Positions 51,138-61,080 are shown, counted from the first letter of the stretch. The stretch: 64,000 bases of DNA from an uncultured Gemmatimonadales bacterium (GCA_963695555.1 CAVOGR010000007.1:128001-192000), one strand, 5' to 3'. Notes: generated by a model from the sequence alone, not told the origin. Numbers and translations: made by a program.

Positions 51138-51713
51138 ATGACGCGCAATCCGGCTCGCATCCAGGTCACCCTCCCGTCCTGGGTCGACGAGGTGGTGGAG
51201 TGGACGACGCGATACCCCACGGACGAAGACCGCATGCGGCTCGCCATCACGCTCGCGCGCGAGAACGTGACCCGCAATACTGGTGGGCCGTTCGGGGCGG
51301 CGATCTTCGCGGAAGAGACCGGCGAGCTGGTGGGCGTTGGGATGAACAGCGTGCAGCGCCTTACCAACGCCACGCTTCATGCCGAGATGATGGCCTTCAT
51401 GATGGCCCAGCACGCAGTGGGTGCCTATTCCCTGAGCGCACCGGGCCTCCCCCACCACACGCTGGTCACGTCCTGCGATCCCTGCGCAATGTGTCTGGGT
51501 GCCGTGTTGTGGAGCGGGGTACAGCGGGTGGTGTGCGGCGCCAGCCGGGACGACGCGACCCGGCTCGGCTTCGACGAGGGCCCGGTCTTCCCACAGTCCT
51601 ATCACTACCTCGAAGATCGCGGCATTACGATTGTGCGCGGGGTGTTACATCTCGAAGCGCGGAACGTACTCGAATCGTATCGCAAGCGCGGCGGGATCAT
51701 CTACAACGGCTGA
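51138..51713 (+). CDS. Nucleoside/nucleobase deaminase (CDA superfamily, guanine deaminase-like)
   Basis: GGPFGA, HAE, PCAMC, GFDEG. Confidence 0.9.
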   Translation: MTRNPARIQVTLPSWVDEVVEWTTRYPTDEDRMRLAITLARENVTRNTGGPFGAAIFAEETGELVGVGMNSVQRLTNATLHAEMMAFMMAQHAVGAYSLSAPGLPHHTLVTSCDPCAMCLGAVLWSGVQRVVCGASRDDATRLGFDEGPVFPQSYHYLEDRGITIVRGVLHLEARNVLESYRKRGGIIYNG

Positions 51714-51729
51714 TGCTGGATGGGTGCGC

Positions 51730-52254
51730 TCAGCCGCCAGTCTTCCTCCGCCCGGTCCACCGATCTGAACCGACCACATCATCGATCAGGCGTTCGAGCG
51801 CGGTGAGCGCCCGAGGAACATCGGCGCAGCCGTAATCGTGTTCGACCCGCTTGGTCGCGCCGCTTTGGGTGAGTGACGTGATTGCGGTGGGTGAGTCGGG
51901 CGCGTACAAAGAGCAGCTGGGTTGGCCGGCGGTGTACTGATTCGCTAGCTGGTCAAAGCCCGCGCGATCAAATTCCGCGAGCAGGCGCCTCACCTCGCTT
52001 TGGGGGATGACCGCAGAGTCCCTGCCAACCACCGACACGTGCGCCCTGCCCTCGTACCGAACCCGGCCTGCTCCGTCCACCGTGAGTCGATAAACCGGGC
52101 AAGTGCCGAAACACGATCCACGCTCCAATGTGATCGAGACATCCTCGAGCGACGCCGGCGTCTGGACGGCCGGCCGCGGCGCGCACGCAAGCAGAGCGAT
52201 CGCGGCGCACCACGGAGCCCATGCCGCGGCGCGCGAGATAGTCGGATTCCTCAT
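51730..52254 (-). CDS. DUF6438-like lipoprotein
   Basis: LLAC; ITLERGSCFGTCPVYRLTV.G.G.V.YEG; ATGA-coupled to the upstream protease gene. Confidence 0.8.
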   Translation of the reverse strand: MRNPTISRAAAWAPWCAAIALLACAPRPAVQTPASLEDVSITLERGSCFGTCPVYRLTVDGAGRVRYEGRAHVSVVGRDSAVIPQSEVRRLLAEFDRAGFDQLANQYTAGQPSCSLYAPDSPTAITSLTQSGATKRVEHDYGCADVPRALTALERLIDDVVGSDRWTGRRKTGG

Positions 52255-54737
52255 CGACCGGAGACGGGCACTCTAGCGGGAGTGCTCCGAACGCCGTCCG
52301 AGTAGAGCAACTCGACTTCCCGCTCCGCGGTCCACACGGTGGCGGTGCCGCCGCGGGCAAAGGAAAGGATCTCTCGGGTCCGGGGATCACGAACGAGGAG
52401 CATCGGGTATTGCGCGCGATCCCACCGAAGCTCGATGCGGTCGGCGGCCACGGACTGAACCGACGCAGCCGGCGACTGTTGCAGCGCTTGCGCACCGGGC
52501 GCCACGCCGCGCGCCATCGCGACCGCCTGCCCTCCTGGGCCCGTCACCCGGAGACTCGCGGGCCGGCTCCGGATCGGTAGAGTGAAGGCAAAGTGGCCTT
52601 CCCACTGCGGCGCATCGGCCACCGTTTGAGGCGAGAACGCATAGCGGAAGACCCGGCTGCCATCGGCGGCCAGCCCCTCGAGCGTGTAGGCCCCCGTGCC
52701 GGACGGGGTCACGGGCGTGGCATCGAGTTCGAAGGCCGGCTCGAGTTCAATGGTCCCGCCGCGCACCCGTCCCCAGACGAGGAGTACCGGTTGCTGGGCC
52801 GCGCCGGGTTGTGACACCGAGAAGCTCGCCTGGACATGGTTGACCACGCCGGTATAGGTGTAGTCGCTGACCCAGTCGTTGGAGCAGTATCCCATGATGT
52901 CCGGGCGGGTCGGTGGTATCAGAGTCGCCGAGCCGACATCGTAACCCCAGACCCCGATCACGCCGCCGGAGTACGGGTAATTCGGGTCGGGGTTCCCCGC
53001 CCCGCCGCACGGCGCATGCTGTCGGCCCCAGTTGTGGCCCCACTCGTGCGCCGCGACCCCGCTCGCGCTTGGCAGCTTGTCCCAGCCCACGGCCGCTTTC
53101 CCGGGCACGTAGCCGATGCCGGCGATGCCGCTCGAATAGGTCGTGTTCACCACGCCGAAATAGTACCGCGTGCTGGCATCCGCGGTCCGCAGGGCGTTGA
53201 TCTCACTCAGCACCCGGCTCCAGGTCCCGGTCGCGTTGTCGCTCTCGATGGGGATGGCGTCGGTGAAGGTATAGGGCGACCGGATGTCGGCGTTGTACGA
53301 CTCGACGGGGAAGAGCTGTTGTGTCACGGTCAGGAACTGGTTTTGGTTGCCGGCCGTGACATTGCCGGTCAGGCCGTTCACACTCTGGAGCACCGGCACG
53401 AAACGCACGGAAAAGGGATTGATCGCGCGCACGTCCATCGCCTGCGGCGTGCCTGAGGCCGGGAAGTTGTTGTCGCCTTCGTCCTGCTCGACGATGGCAT
53501 TAGTCGGATCGACGTCCGCCACGAGTTCGAGCCCCGGGCCGATGGCCGAGGCGGGAAGGGCCAGGTTCCATGATTTGTTCAGGTCGCCTTCATCAACAAC
53601 GGTCGGGACCCCGATTGTCGGTGCCGGAATCGTCGAGGTGCTGACCAGCGAACCATTGTCGTAAACCCTAAGCCGGACGTCCGGCTGCTCGACGTTGGTT
53701 TGGTTGGCCCGGACGAAGATCCGCACGAATCCGTCACGCCCGGCCACCAGGGGCACATTACCGCCATAGTCCTGGACGCTCTGCGTGACGTACATCCCGT
53801 CGATGACCAGATTGAGCGTGGCGGGCGATGCCACCTGGTAGGTGACCGAGGCGGAGGCCGTGGCCCCCGCCGTGACCGACACGGCCTGGGTCGATGGGTT
53901 GGGAACATAGGCCACCGCACCGTCCGACACGTTGCTCGCATCGACGGTGTAGCCACCGGCCGCGATGTTCGACAGGGTCGTCGTCTGCGTGACCGCCGTG
54001 CTGTACGCTGGTCCGGTCACCGTGACGTCTGCGTCCACATCATTGGGCAGACCCGTTATCGTGATCGCGAGGGATCCCGAGGAGAGGGCGTAGGTTACGC
54101 TGCTCGTGGCCGGCGTGGGCGTGGCGGTGACCGCAACCGTTTGCATGGGCACGGTGGCATCGTACGTCGAGCTGCCGGATTGGACCCTTGCCGCGGCCAC
54201 CGTGTAGGTGCCCGGTGTCAGGTTCGACAACGTGGTCGTGGCCGCGAGTGCGACCGAATAGCCTCCCGCACGCGTGACGGTGACCCCGGCGGTCGCGCCG
54301 CCCGGGAGTCCCATGACCGTGACCACTAGGCTCCCCGTGGCGAGCGCGTAGGTCACGGTCACTGCCACCGGGGCGTCAGCTGCAACGATGCTCACCGGCT
54401 GCGACGCCAAGGTGGGCGAGTAGGTCGCCGAGCCGGTGCTGACATCGGTGGCGCTGACGAGGTACTGCCCGGGAACCAGGTCGGTGAGTGTCTCTGGTCC
54501 GGTCAAGGAGCGGCTGAAGCCGCCCGGACCACTAATGGTGATGGCGGCGGCCGTTCCCTGGCCCAGGCCACCAACCGTAACGGCTAGGCTGCCGGTCGTC
54601 GGGCCGGCGACCTTCTCCCCGCCCCCGCAGGACACCGCGAGAACGGCCACGGCAGCCACGAAGGCTACCCGCGCCCGCGCCCGAACCGAGTGCCAGATCG
54701 GGACCGATAGGCTGTGAGGGCGAAACAGAACAGACAT
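52251..54737 (-). CDS. Metzincin-type (M66-like) zinc metalloprotease lipoprotein with three 86-aa beta repeats
   Basis: AVSC lipobox; repeats start at 54596, 54338 and 54080; HEWGHNWGRQH; DIMGYC Met-turn. Confidence 0.85.
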   Translation of the reverse strand: MSVLFRPHSLSVPIWHSVRARARVAFVAAVAVLAVSCGGGEKVAGPTTGSLAVTVGGLGQGTAAAITISGPGGFSRSLTGPETLTDLVPGQYLVSATDVSTGSATYSPTLASQPVSIVAADAPVAVTVTYALATGSLVVTVMGLPGGATAGVTVTRAGGYSVALAATTTLSNLTPGTYTVAAARVQSGSSTYDATVPMQTVAVTATPTPATSSVTYALSSGSLAITITGLPNDVDADVTVTGPAYSTAVTQTTTLSNIAAGGYTVDASNVSDGAVAYVPNPSTQAVSVTAGATASASVTYQVASPATLNLVIDGMYVTQSVQDYGGNVPLVAGRDGFVRIFVRANQTNVEQPDVRLRVYDNGSLVSTSTIPAPTIGVPTVVDEGDLNKSWNLALPASAIGPGLELVADVDPTNAIVEQDEGDNNFPASGTPQAMDVRAINPFSVRFVPVLQSVNGLTGNVTAGNQNQFLTVTQQLFPVESYNADIRSPYTFTDAIPIESDNATGTWSRVLSEINALRTADASTRYYFGVVNTTYSSGIAGIGYVPGKAAVGWDKLPSASGVAAHEWGHNWGRQHAPCGGAGNPDPNYPYSGGVIGVWGYDVGSATLIPPTRPDIMGYCSNDWVSDYTYTGVVNHVQASFSVSQPGAAQQPVLLVWGRVRGGTIELEPAFELDATPVTPSGTGAYTLEGLAADGSRVFRYAFSPQTVADAPQWEGHFAFTLPIRSRPASLRVTGPGGQAVAMARGVAPGAQALQQSPAASVQSVAADRIELRWDRAQYPMLLVRDPRTREILSFARGGTATVWTAEREVELLYSDGVRSTPARVPVSGR

Positions 54738-54800
54738 GCGTACCCTTCCCGATGAGTCATCGCGGGACGTGCCGAAGCCTAAGCTAATCCCGATCCGGGG

Positions 54801-54816
54801 AGCAACAGGTGTGCCA
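54801..54816 (-). promoter_or_regulatory. Sigma54 promoter TGGCACACCTGTTGCT
   Basis: Matches TGGCAC-N5-TTGC(T) exactly; about 65 nt upstream of the protease ATG. Confidence 0.75.
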
Positions 54817-55043
54817 GGGAAGGCCCAGGCCGGCACTTCAGCCCTAAGATATTGGTGCCGCAACACCTCAGGGGTGAGCAACGGCATCGCGCCGCGCCGC
54901 CCGGGTGTCCACCATCAGAATCTGCATTGGATATGTCCAGACAGCAAAGGTATCGTGGCAGGCCTGCGGGCGCTTCCGCCCCCCGGAGACTCGCCGTATC
55001 TTCTCTCCGTCAATACTCGCTCTCTCGACCCGGGCCGCTTGCG

Positions 55044-55196
55044 ATGGAACCGATCATCTTCGTGGTATTGCTCGCTCTTGGCGTTTACCTTGCCATCAAG
55101 GTCATGAAGGTGATCGTGCGACTCGCCATCGCGACCGGCCTGGCCCTGGCGTTCTACTTCTTGCTCTATCCTCGGATCGCCGACTTCCTGCAGTAG
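55044..55196 (+). CDS. 50-aa two-TM small membrane protein
   Basis: MEPIIFVVLLALGVYLAIKVMKVIVRLAIATGLALAFYFLLYPRIADFLQ. Confidence 0.7.
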   Translation: MEPIIFVVLLALGVYLAIKVMKVIVRLAIATGLALAFYFLLYPRIADFLQ

Positions 55197-55242
55197 CCTG
55201 GCCCTCCCCATGGGAAAGGCCGTAGCACACCAGCAAAGCGCA

Positions 55243-55271
55243 GGCCCGGCTTCCGCAAGGGAGGCCGGGCC
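55243..55271. terminator. Hairpin between convergent genes
   Basis: GGCCCGGCTTCC-GCAA-GGGAGGCCGGGCC with a GNRA loop. Confidence 0.7.
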
Positions 55272-55297
55272 CATTTCGTGTGTGGCACAGCGTCGGT

Positions 55298-55810
55298 CTA
55301 GGTGAACACGATGTGACCGCCGCCGGCCATGTCGTAGAATTCCCCGACGGTGATGACACTCTCAACCTGTGGAATGAAGTCCTCCATCGACCAGCCGAAC
55401 ATGTCGACCGAGGCCTTGCAGGCAAACAGCTTGCCACCGGAATCGGAGATCATCTCGAGGAACTCGGGAATCGGTGGGATGTCGAGCTTCTCCATGGTCT
55501 TCGACATTTGCCGGGTCACCATGGCCGACATTCCCGGCACGCCGCCGAGCCAGGTCATGAGATGGAGCCCGGGATTGCCCACGGTCGCCACCTTCACGCG
55601 GTGGGTCCGATCCTTGTGGATCGCGTCCATTCCGAAGAAGGTGAAGAACACGTTTGCCTCGATACCCTCCATCCGGGCTCCATTCGCCATGATCAGGCCG
55701 GGGTAGATCCCTTCGAGCGAGCCTTTGGAAACAATGATCGAGACCTTCTTGATTGCCTCATCCACCGGTGTGGGCACCGCCGTGGATTCGGGCATGATCG
55801 TACTGGTCAT
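55298..55810 (-). CDS. DsrE/DsrF/DrsH-like (DsrE2-type) sulfur carrier
   Basis: SKGSL, FFTFFG, ACKASVDMF. Confidence 0.88.
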   Translation of the reverse strand: MTSTIMPESTAVPTPVDEAIKKVSIIVSKGSLEGIYPGLIMANGARMEGIEANVFFTFFGMDAIHKDRTHRVKVATVGNPGLHLMTWLGGVPGMSAMVTRQMSKTMEKLDIPPIPEFLEMISDSGGKLFACKASVDMFGWSMEDFIPQVESVITVGEFYDMAGGGHIVFT

Positions 55811-55825
55811 GGACTTCTCCTCCTC

Positions 55826-56152
55826 TTAGATACACCCGCGCGGCTTGGGAATCCCGGCGATCCTGGCGGCCAATTTGGCCGGTCCTTTGGGAAACAACTG
55901 GTAGAGTTCTTTGATCGGCACGCCCGATTCCTTTCCGAGGGCTCGGATCGAGGGTGCACTGCCGGCCTCGAGAAACCGCTTTCGCATGAATTCGATGACC
56001 ATCCAATGCTTCGGGGTGAGGTCGCCAATCCCAATGTCGTCAGCGATTTCCTCGGCAATCGACTTGTTCCACTGCTCTGGCTTTTGCATGTACCCTTCGC
56101 CATCGACGTCGACGGTCTGTCCGGCAATTGTGGTTTGGCTCGTCGCGGTCAC
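55826..56152 (-). CDS. TusE/DsrC-family sulfur relay protein
   Basis: VD.EGY...W, LT..HW.VI.F.R, LFPKGPAK.AARIAGIPKPRGCI. Confidence 0.9.
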   Translation of the reverse strand: MTATSQTTIAGQTVDVDGEGYMQKPEQWNKSIAEEIADDIGIGDLTPKHWMVIEFMRKRFLEAGSAPSIRALGKESGVPIKELYQLFPKGPAKLAARIAGIPKPRGCI

Positions 56153-56173
56153 AGGCTTGACTCCTTCTCGTAA

Positions 56174-57487
56174 CTAGGCAACCTGACTGGGGATTTCTTC
56201 GGGTGATACCTCTGGTACCGGCTCCTGGGGTGTATGCGGGAGCGGTCGCTTGCCGCGCATCGACATGTGGGTCGACGTGCCTGGAATGTGCCGACCAGGC
56301 AACAGCATGTTCCAATAAATCCACCGAAACGCCAACTTGCCGATGTGGTTGAGGCGGCTCTCCTTGAGAAGCGGCAACGGACCGAGCACGGGAATGGGGA
56401 ACTTCCCCGGCAGCGGCTCGACATTGTAGTTGAAATCGATCAGCAGCGCCTTGTTGAATCCGGTTTCGATGAAACAATTGGCATGGCCGTCGAAGCCATG
56501 CTCGAGCGGGCTGTCCTGCAGGTAGAGTCGGACATTGTGCTCGAGGATTTCCGCCTGAAAATGCGCCACCGATCCGGCCTTGGAGGCCGGTACGTTGGTG
56601 GCGTCGCCGATGGCGAAGATGTTCGGCGTGACCTCGGCCTGCAGGGTCCGCTGATCCACTATCACAAAGCGCTGATCGTCGCCGAGCCCATCCGTCTGCG
56701 CAACGAACTCCGCGCCCATATGCAGCGGGACGCTCACCAGGAGATCAAAGTCTACCACGCGGTCGTCCCACGACACCAACCGGCCGTTGGGACCGTCGAC
56801 CTCACCCGCGTTGAATTCCGTCACGAGACGGACACCCTTCTCGGCCAGGAGATGGGTTAGGGCCTTGGCACATGTCGGCTTGGTAAACGCGCTGTCCAGC
56901 GGTGTCACATAGGTGATGTCGACCTTGTCCCGAATCCCGCGTTCGGTGAAGTACCAGTCCGCGAGAAAGGCGAACTCGAGCGGGGCCACCGGACACTTGA
57001 TCGGCATATCTACGATGTCCACCACGAGGCGCCCGCCCTCCCACCGCTCGAGGGCTTCCGCCAAGGCCACCGCGCCCTCCAGGGTGTAGAACTCGAACAT
57101 GCGTTCACCCCATCCGGCACCGGTCAGCCCAACCGTCTCTTCGGGAGCGATCTGCGTGCCCGTTGCGATGATGAGCACGTCATAGGGCAGCTTCCGCCCG
57201 TCTGCCAGCACGACCTCATTGGTGTCCGTCAGGACACGACGGATCCCGCTCTCGATCCGGTTCACTTGGCTCGGAAGACAATCCACCTGACGACGGACAA
57301 GATCCTCCGGCTGGTAGATCCCGAAGGGAATGAACAGCAATCCCGGCTGATACAGGTGATTCCTATCCTGATCGACGATGGTGATGCTCAGGGCCTCGCA
57401 CTTGATCTCGTTCCGGTAGAGCCGTGAGAGGCGATTAGCCATGATGGTCCCGGCAGTTCCCGCTCCCAAGATCACAATTTGCTTCAT
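56174..57487 (-). CDS. sqr: Sulfide:quinone oxidoreductase-like flavoprotein (type III-like)
   Basis: ILGAGTAG, YQPG, IKCPVAPLE, FAIGDA, SKAGSVAH, DGHANCF. Confidence 0.85.
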   Translation of the reverse strand: MKQIVILGAGTAGTIMANRLSRLYRNEIKCEALSITIVDQDRNHLYQPGLLFIPFGIYQPEDLVRRQVDCLPSQVNRIESGIRRVLTDTNEVVLADGRKLPYDVLIIATGTQIAPEETVGLTGAGWGERMFEFYTLEGAVALAEALERWEGGRLVVDIVDMPIKCPVAPLEFAFLADWYFTERGIRDKVDITYVTPLDSAFTKPTCAKALTHLLAEKGVRLVTEFNAGEVDGPNGRLVSWDDRVVDFDLLVSVPLHMGAEFVAQTDGLGDDQRFVIVDQRTLQAEVTPNIFAIGDATNVPASKAGSVAHFQAEILEHNVRLYLQDSPLEHGFDGHANCFIETGFNKALLIDFNYNVEPLPGKFPIPVLGPLPLLKESRLNHIGKLAFRWIYWNMLLPGRHIPGTSTHMSMRGKRPLPHTPQEPVPEVSPEEIPSQVA

Positions 57488-57591
57488 AGATGCGGCACTC
57501 CAGGGTGGAGTTGGGCGAATCGCCAAACCCAATTGCGATTCAGGTTGCCGGAAATTGCCATGGGACCCATAAAAGCAGCCCCAACGCTCTC

Positions 57592-57605
57592 TGAAGGTAC
57601 CTTCA
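57592..57605. promoter_or_regulatory. Perfect 14-bp palindrome TGAAGGTACCTTCA; candidate operator
   Basis: Exact palindrome in the divergent region about 105 nt upstream of sqr. Confidence 0.55.
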
Positions 57606-57673
57606 TGTCTTGAGCCTGAGCCCCTCCCCACCGTTGCCGCTTCGGGCGTTCCGGACGGCTCCAAGGGGGCCTG

Positions 57674-57689
57674 GGGCATGGACATTGCG
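57674..57689 (+). promoter_or_regulatory. Possible sigma54 promoter GGGCATGGACATTGCG
   Basis: GG-N10-GC with TTGC, upstream of ATG 57775. Confidence 0.4.
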
Positions 57690-57774
57690 CGGCTCCTGGC
57701 CAGCCCCGCGTGCAAGAATGAGAGGCCCCGGCATCTCCCCCTCGAGCACGCTCGACCCGAACCCGGGAGCCCTC

Positions 57775-58362
57775 ATGCTACGAGTCCACTACATCCTGGG
57801 CGCCGCCTACCTGGCCCTCTGCATCATGCTGCTCCGGGCCACCGGCACGGCTCCTCGCCCGGAGTTCCTCCCGCACCCGACGGGCACGACCCAAATCGCC
57901 CCCGCAACCGGCGAGGCCGGCGCATGGTTCGCCAGCATGAAGCCATACTGCAACGCGGTCGAAGTGGAGACCCGGCAACGGGCCACGCCCCCGCCCGAGA
58001 CGCTGGAAGGATTGGGCTACAGCGCCGGCTGCTACGCGTTGGGCGGGAAGATCGACCTCGCGCGCGAAACGATCCGACGCGCCCCCGCTGATCAGCAGTA
58101 CAAGGCAGCCGGCATTGTGTTCGCTCTGGCGCATCCCGTGGCAGACGCCGGTGATGACAAGTCGGCCGGACCGATCATGGAGCTGGTCCTCGAGTTCTGG
58201 CCCAACCACTACCAGGCACGCTATCACGCCGGGATGTCGTCCTACATCCTCGGCGACGCCGGACGGGCCCGCCTGCATCTCACGCAGTTCGTCGACGAGT
58301 ACCGGCAGAACGATGGCTGGCGGCGGAATGCAGAGGCCGTGCTGCAACGCCTCGACAACTGA
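57775..58362 (+). CDS. Membrane-anchored/exported TPR-like protein
   Basis: N-terminal hydrophobic helix; helical repeats (WPNHYQARYHAG...A...L..F). Confidence 0.7.
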   Translation: MLRVHYILGAAYLALCIMLLRATGTAPRPEFLPHPTGTTQIAPATGEAGAWFASMKPYCNAVEVETRQRATPPPETLEGLGYSAGCYALGGKIDLARETIRRAPADQQYKAAGIVFALAHPVADAGDDKSAGPIMELVLEFWPNHYQARYHAGMSSYILGDAGRARLHLTQFVDEYRQNDGWRRNAEAVLQRLDN

Positions 58363-58366
58363 CGGC

Positions 58367-60223
58367 ATGGCTACTCCGGCGGCGTATCTCCCCATCGGGA
58401 CCGTGCTCACCGATCGCTATGAGATCCTGCGAGAGATCGGTCGCGGGGGGTACTCGGTCGTGTTCGCGGCCCGGGATCGCGATCTGGGTGCCGACGTCGC
58501 CATCAAACTTCTGGTGCCGCCTCCCGCGGTCGCCCACATCGCGCGGGAGCGCATGCGGCGCGAGGTCCAGGCCGTCCGGGCGCTGTCGCACCACCATATC
58601 GTCGCAGTCCACGATTTCGTGGAGGACGGCCCGCACAGCTTCATCGTCATGGAGCTGGTCGATGGATCCGATCTCGGCGTCCGCGTGGCGCAGCGCCAGC
58701 CACTCGGTCTCGACGAGGTCGCCCGAATCGGAGAGGAGGTGGCGGAGGCTTTGGCCTTCGCCCATGCACGCGGCGTCCTCCACCGCGACGTCAAACCGCA
58801 AAACATCTTGATCGACTCCGGGGGCCACGCTCGCCTCACCGACTTCGGCTCCGCCAAACTCGATGGCCAGATGACGGTGACGCAGACCGGCGGACTTGTC
58901 GGAACGATCCCGTACAGCGCTCCCGAGGTACTGAGCGGGCATCGCGGCGACGCCCGCGCTGACATCTACGCCCTCGGCCTGACACTGTTCTACGCCGTGA
59001 CCGGACGGCTGCCTGGAAGCCCAGGCTCTCGCCTCCCGCCACCCGCCACGCCGGGCGGACACCATCCCGGCGAGTGCCGTGACGGGGTCCCGAGCTGGCT
59101 GGATCAGATCATCGCGCGGGCAACGGAGGCGGAACCCGGCCTTCGATTCCCCGCCGCCTCCGATCTCCACGCAGCACTCAGAGCCCGCGCCGGAGACCAC
59201 GTTGCGCTTTCCGCGGCGGGACATCAGATGGTCGAGTTCTGCCTGAGCTGCGGCAGCAGTGACACGTTCGGGATGAGTCCCTGCCCGGAGTGCGGGGGCA
59301 CGAGACCGAAGAAGGCCGACACGTTAGTCTTCGTAGTCCCTCCCGCCAGGCGGAAGGATCGGCTCGCAGTTGCCCTCAATCTTGCGGGGTTATCCCCGCA
59401 CCCCGTCTCCCAAGTCGAACTCCGGCACGCCACCCGCGGACGCAGGGCCCTGGTGCGTATTCCGGCGCACCACGCGGCGTCCGTGATCAGGCACCTCACT
59501 GCCCGAGACATCCCGGTGCAAGCAGTCCCCAAGGCCCACGCCTGGGCGGCGGTTCCCCTCCCGCTCTACGCGCTGGCGGGCGCCATCGTCGTGGTCGGAA
59601 GCCTGGCGGGAATACTCGCATTGCCTGCAATGCTCTGGACCTCTCCGGTGGTCGCCGGGCTCCTGGTCATCGGAGGGCACCGAACCGCCCACACCCCGAT
59701 TCTTCACGCCGCTCAGAACGGCACCCGGACGCTCCCGCACGACCTCGCGTCCCGCGTGACTCGCACCATGGCGGTGCTCGGCCCCGGCACGACGCGCCGC
59801 ATGGTGGCGGACATTGTGACAGTGGGCCAGGCCGTCCTCGCCGATATTGCCGCGGCGGATGGACCGGGCGATCAGCGTGCCGATATCGTCGCGCTCCTTG
59901 CTGGCGTCAGCGACGTTGCCGATGACCTGGCAAATCTCGAACGGGCCCTGGCCACGCTCGAAACCCATCGCGATCGCTTTGCCGCCAACCCCGAGCGATG
60001 GCTCGACGCCTTGTCGCAATGCGAGCGTGCCCACGATCGCCAGGTACAGCAGCTGCTCGACGTGCTCTCGATCCTGGCTCGGCTCAAAGCCCAGGGAACG
60101 ATGTCCGACGCGACGGCGCAGGAGGAATTCGCCGAGCTGACCCGGCGGCTGGAACGAGACGCCGACGCACGGGCACTTGCGGAGGCGGAAATCGAGGAAC
60201 TGCTTGCACCGGACGATGCGTGA
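58367..60223 (+). CDS. Ser/Thr kinase with zinc ribbon, two TM helices and C-terminal coiled coil
   Basis: GRGG, VAIK, HRDVKPQN, DFG, APE; CLSC...CPEC. Confidence 0.9.
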   Translation: MATPAAYLPIGTVLTDRYEILREIGRGGYSVVFAARDRDLGADVAIKLLVPPPAVAHIARERMRREVQAVRALSHHHIVAVHDFVEDGPHSFIVMELVDGSDLGVRVAQRQPLGLDEVARIGEEVAEALAFAHARGVLHRDVKPQNILIDSGGHARLTDFGSAKLDGQMTVTQTGGLVGTIPYSAPEVLSGHRGDARADIYALGLTLFYAVTGRLPGSPGSRLPPPATPGGHHPGECRDGVPSWLDQIIARATEAEPGLRFPAASDLHAALRARAGDHVALSAAGHQMVEFCLSCGSSDTFGMSPCPECGGTRPKKADTLVFVVPPARRKDRLAVALNLAGLSPHPVSQVELRHATRGRRALVRIPAHHAASVIRHLTARDIPVQAVPKAHAWAAVPLPLYALAGAIVVVGSLAGILALPAMLWTSPVVAGLLVIGGHRTAHTPILHAAQNGTRTLPHDLASRVTRTMAVLGPGTTRRMVADIVTVGQAVLADIAAADGPGDQRADIVALLAGVSDVADDLANLERALATLETHRDRFAANPERWLDALSQCERAHDRQVQQLLDVLSILARLKAQGTMSDATAQEEFAELTRRLERDADARALAEAEIEELLAPDDA

Positions 60224-60322
60224 GGAGAAGAGCTGCGCGACTTCTCTTGACATCCCTACCGACTTTGCGTTCTAGTTCTCCTGCCAGCCCGGCCTTCCAC
60301 CACCACCGCACCGGTTCGACTC

Positions 60323-61057
60323 GTGACTGCTGATCACCCACTGCTTGCCGTCATTTGGGACTTCGACGGGACTCTCGTCGACACGCACGCGAAGAACCTG
60401 AACGTCACGCGGACAATCTTCGCGCTCCTCACCGGAAGGGATCCCGACGGCGTTCCAGCACTTGCATCCGTCGAAACGTACGGTCGGCTGATTCGAAAGA
60501 CCTCGAACTGGCGGACGCTGTACATGGACGAGTTCGGGTTTACCGCCGAGCAGACCGATCAGGCCGGTGCCCTCTGGGCCGAGTATCAGTTGAGGGATGG
60601 CACCCCCGCCCTCCTCTATCCGGGTATTCCGGAGGTGGTGCAGGCACTCGCCCATACCCCGCAAGGCATCTTCTCCCAAAACAGCCGCGAGACCATTTCA
60701 GGGGTGTTGAAGCGAGAGCGCCTCGCCGGGCATTTTCGGATGATCGTGGGGTACGAAGAAGTGTCCTGGGAGAAGCAGAAGCCGGAGCCGGACGGGCTGC
60801 TCGCATGTATCGAGGCACTCACCGACCGTACCGCCGGCTATGTGTTGTACGTCGGCGACCACGAAACCGACGCTCGCTGCGGACAGAACGGCAATCGCGC
60901 ATTGGCATTACAGGGCGTGGATATCCGAGTCCGGGTGGTCGGTGCGGCGTATGGGGGCGGAGCCCCCGAAGATTGGACCTCGGGTGTGGACCATACCGCG
61001 ACGACGGCCCGCGACGTCCTCGCGATCGCGCACCACTACGCGGGCGCCAATCGGTAG
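60323..61057 (+). CDS. HAD-family hydrolase (phosphoglycolate phosphatase-like)
   Basis: WDFDGTLVDT, KPEPD, YVGDHETD. Confidence 0.9.
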   Translation: MTADHPLLAVIWDFDGTLVDTHAKNLNVTRTIFALLTGRDPDGVPALASVETYGRLIRKTSNWRTLYMDEFGFTAEQTDQAGALWAEYQLRDGTPALLYPGIPEVVQALAHTPQGIFSQNSRETISGVLKRERLAGHFRMIVGYEEVSWEKQKPEPDGLLACIEALTDRTAGYVLYVGDHETDARCGQNGNRALALQGVDIRVRVVGAAYGGGAPEDWTSGVDHTATTARDVLAIAHHYAGANR

Positions 61058-61080
61058 CGCCCGGGCGAGCTCTGGAATGA

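Noticed and set aside
55826..56152. Dissimilatory sulfite reduction (true DsrC)
   Set aside because: The second conserved Cys is missing and there is no dsrAB in the window.
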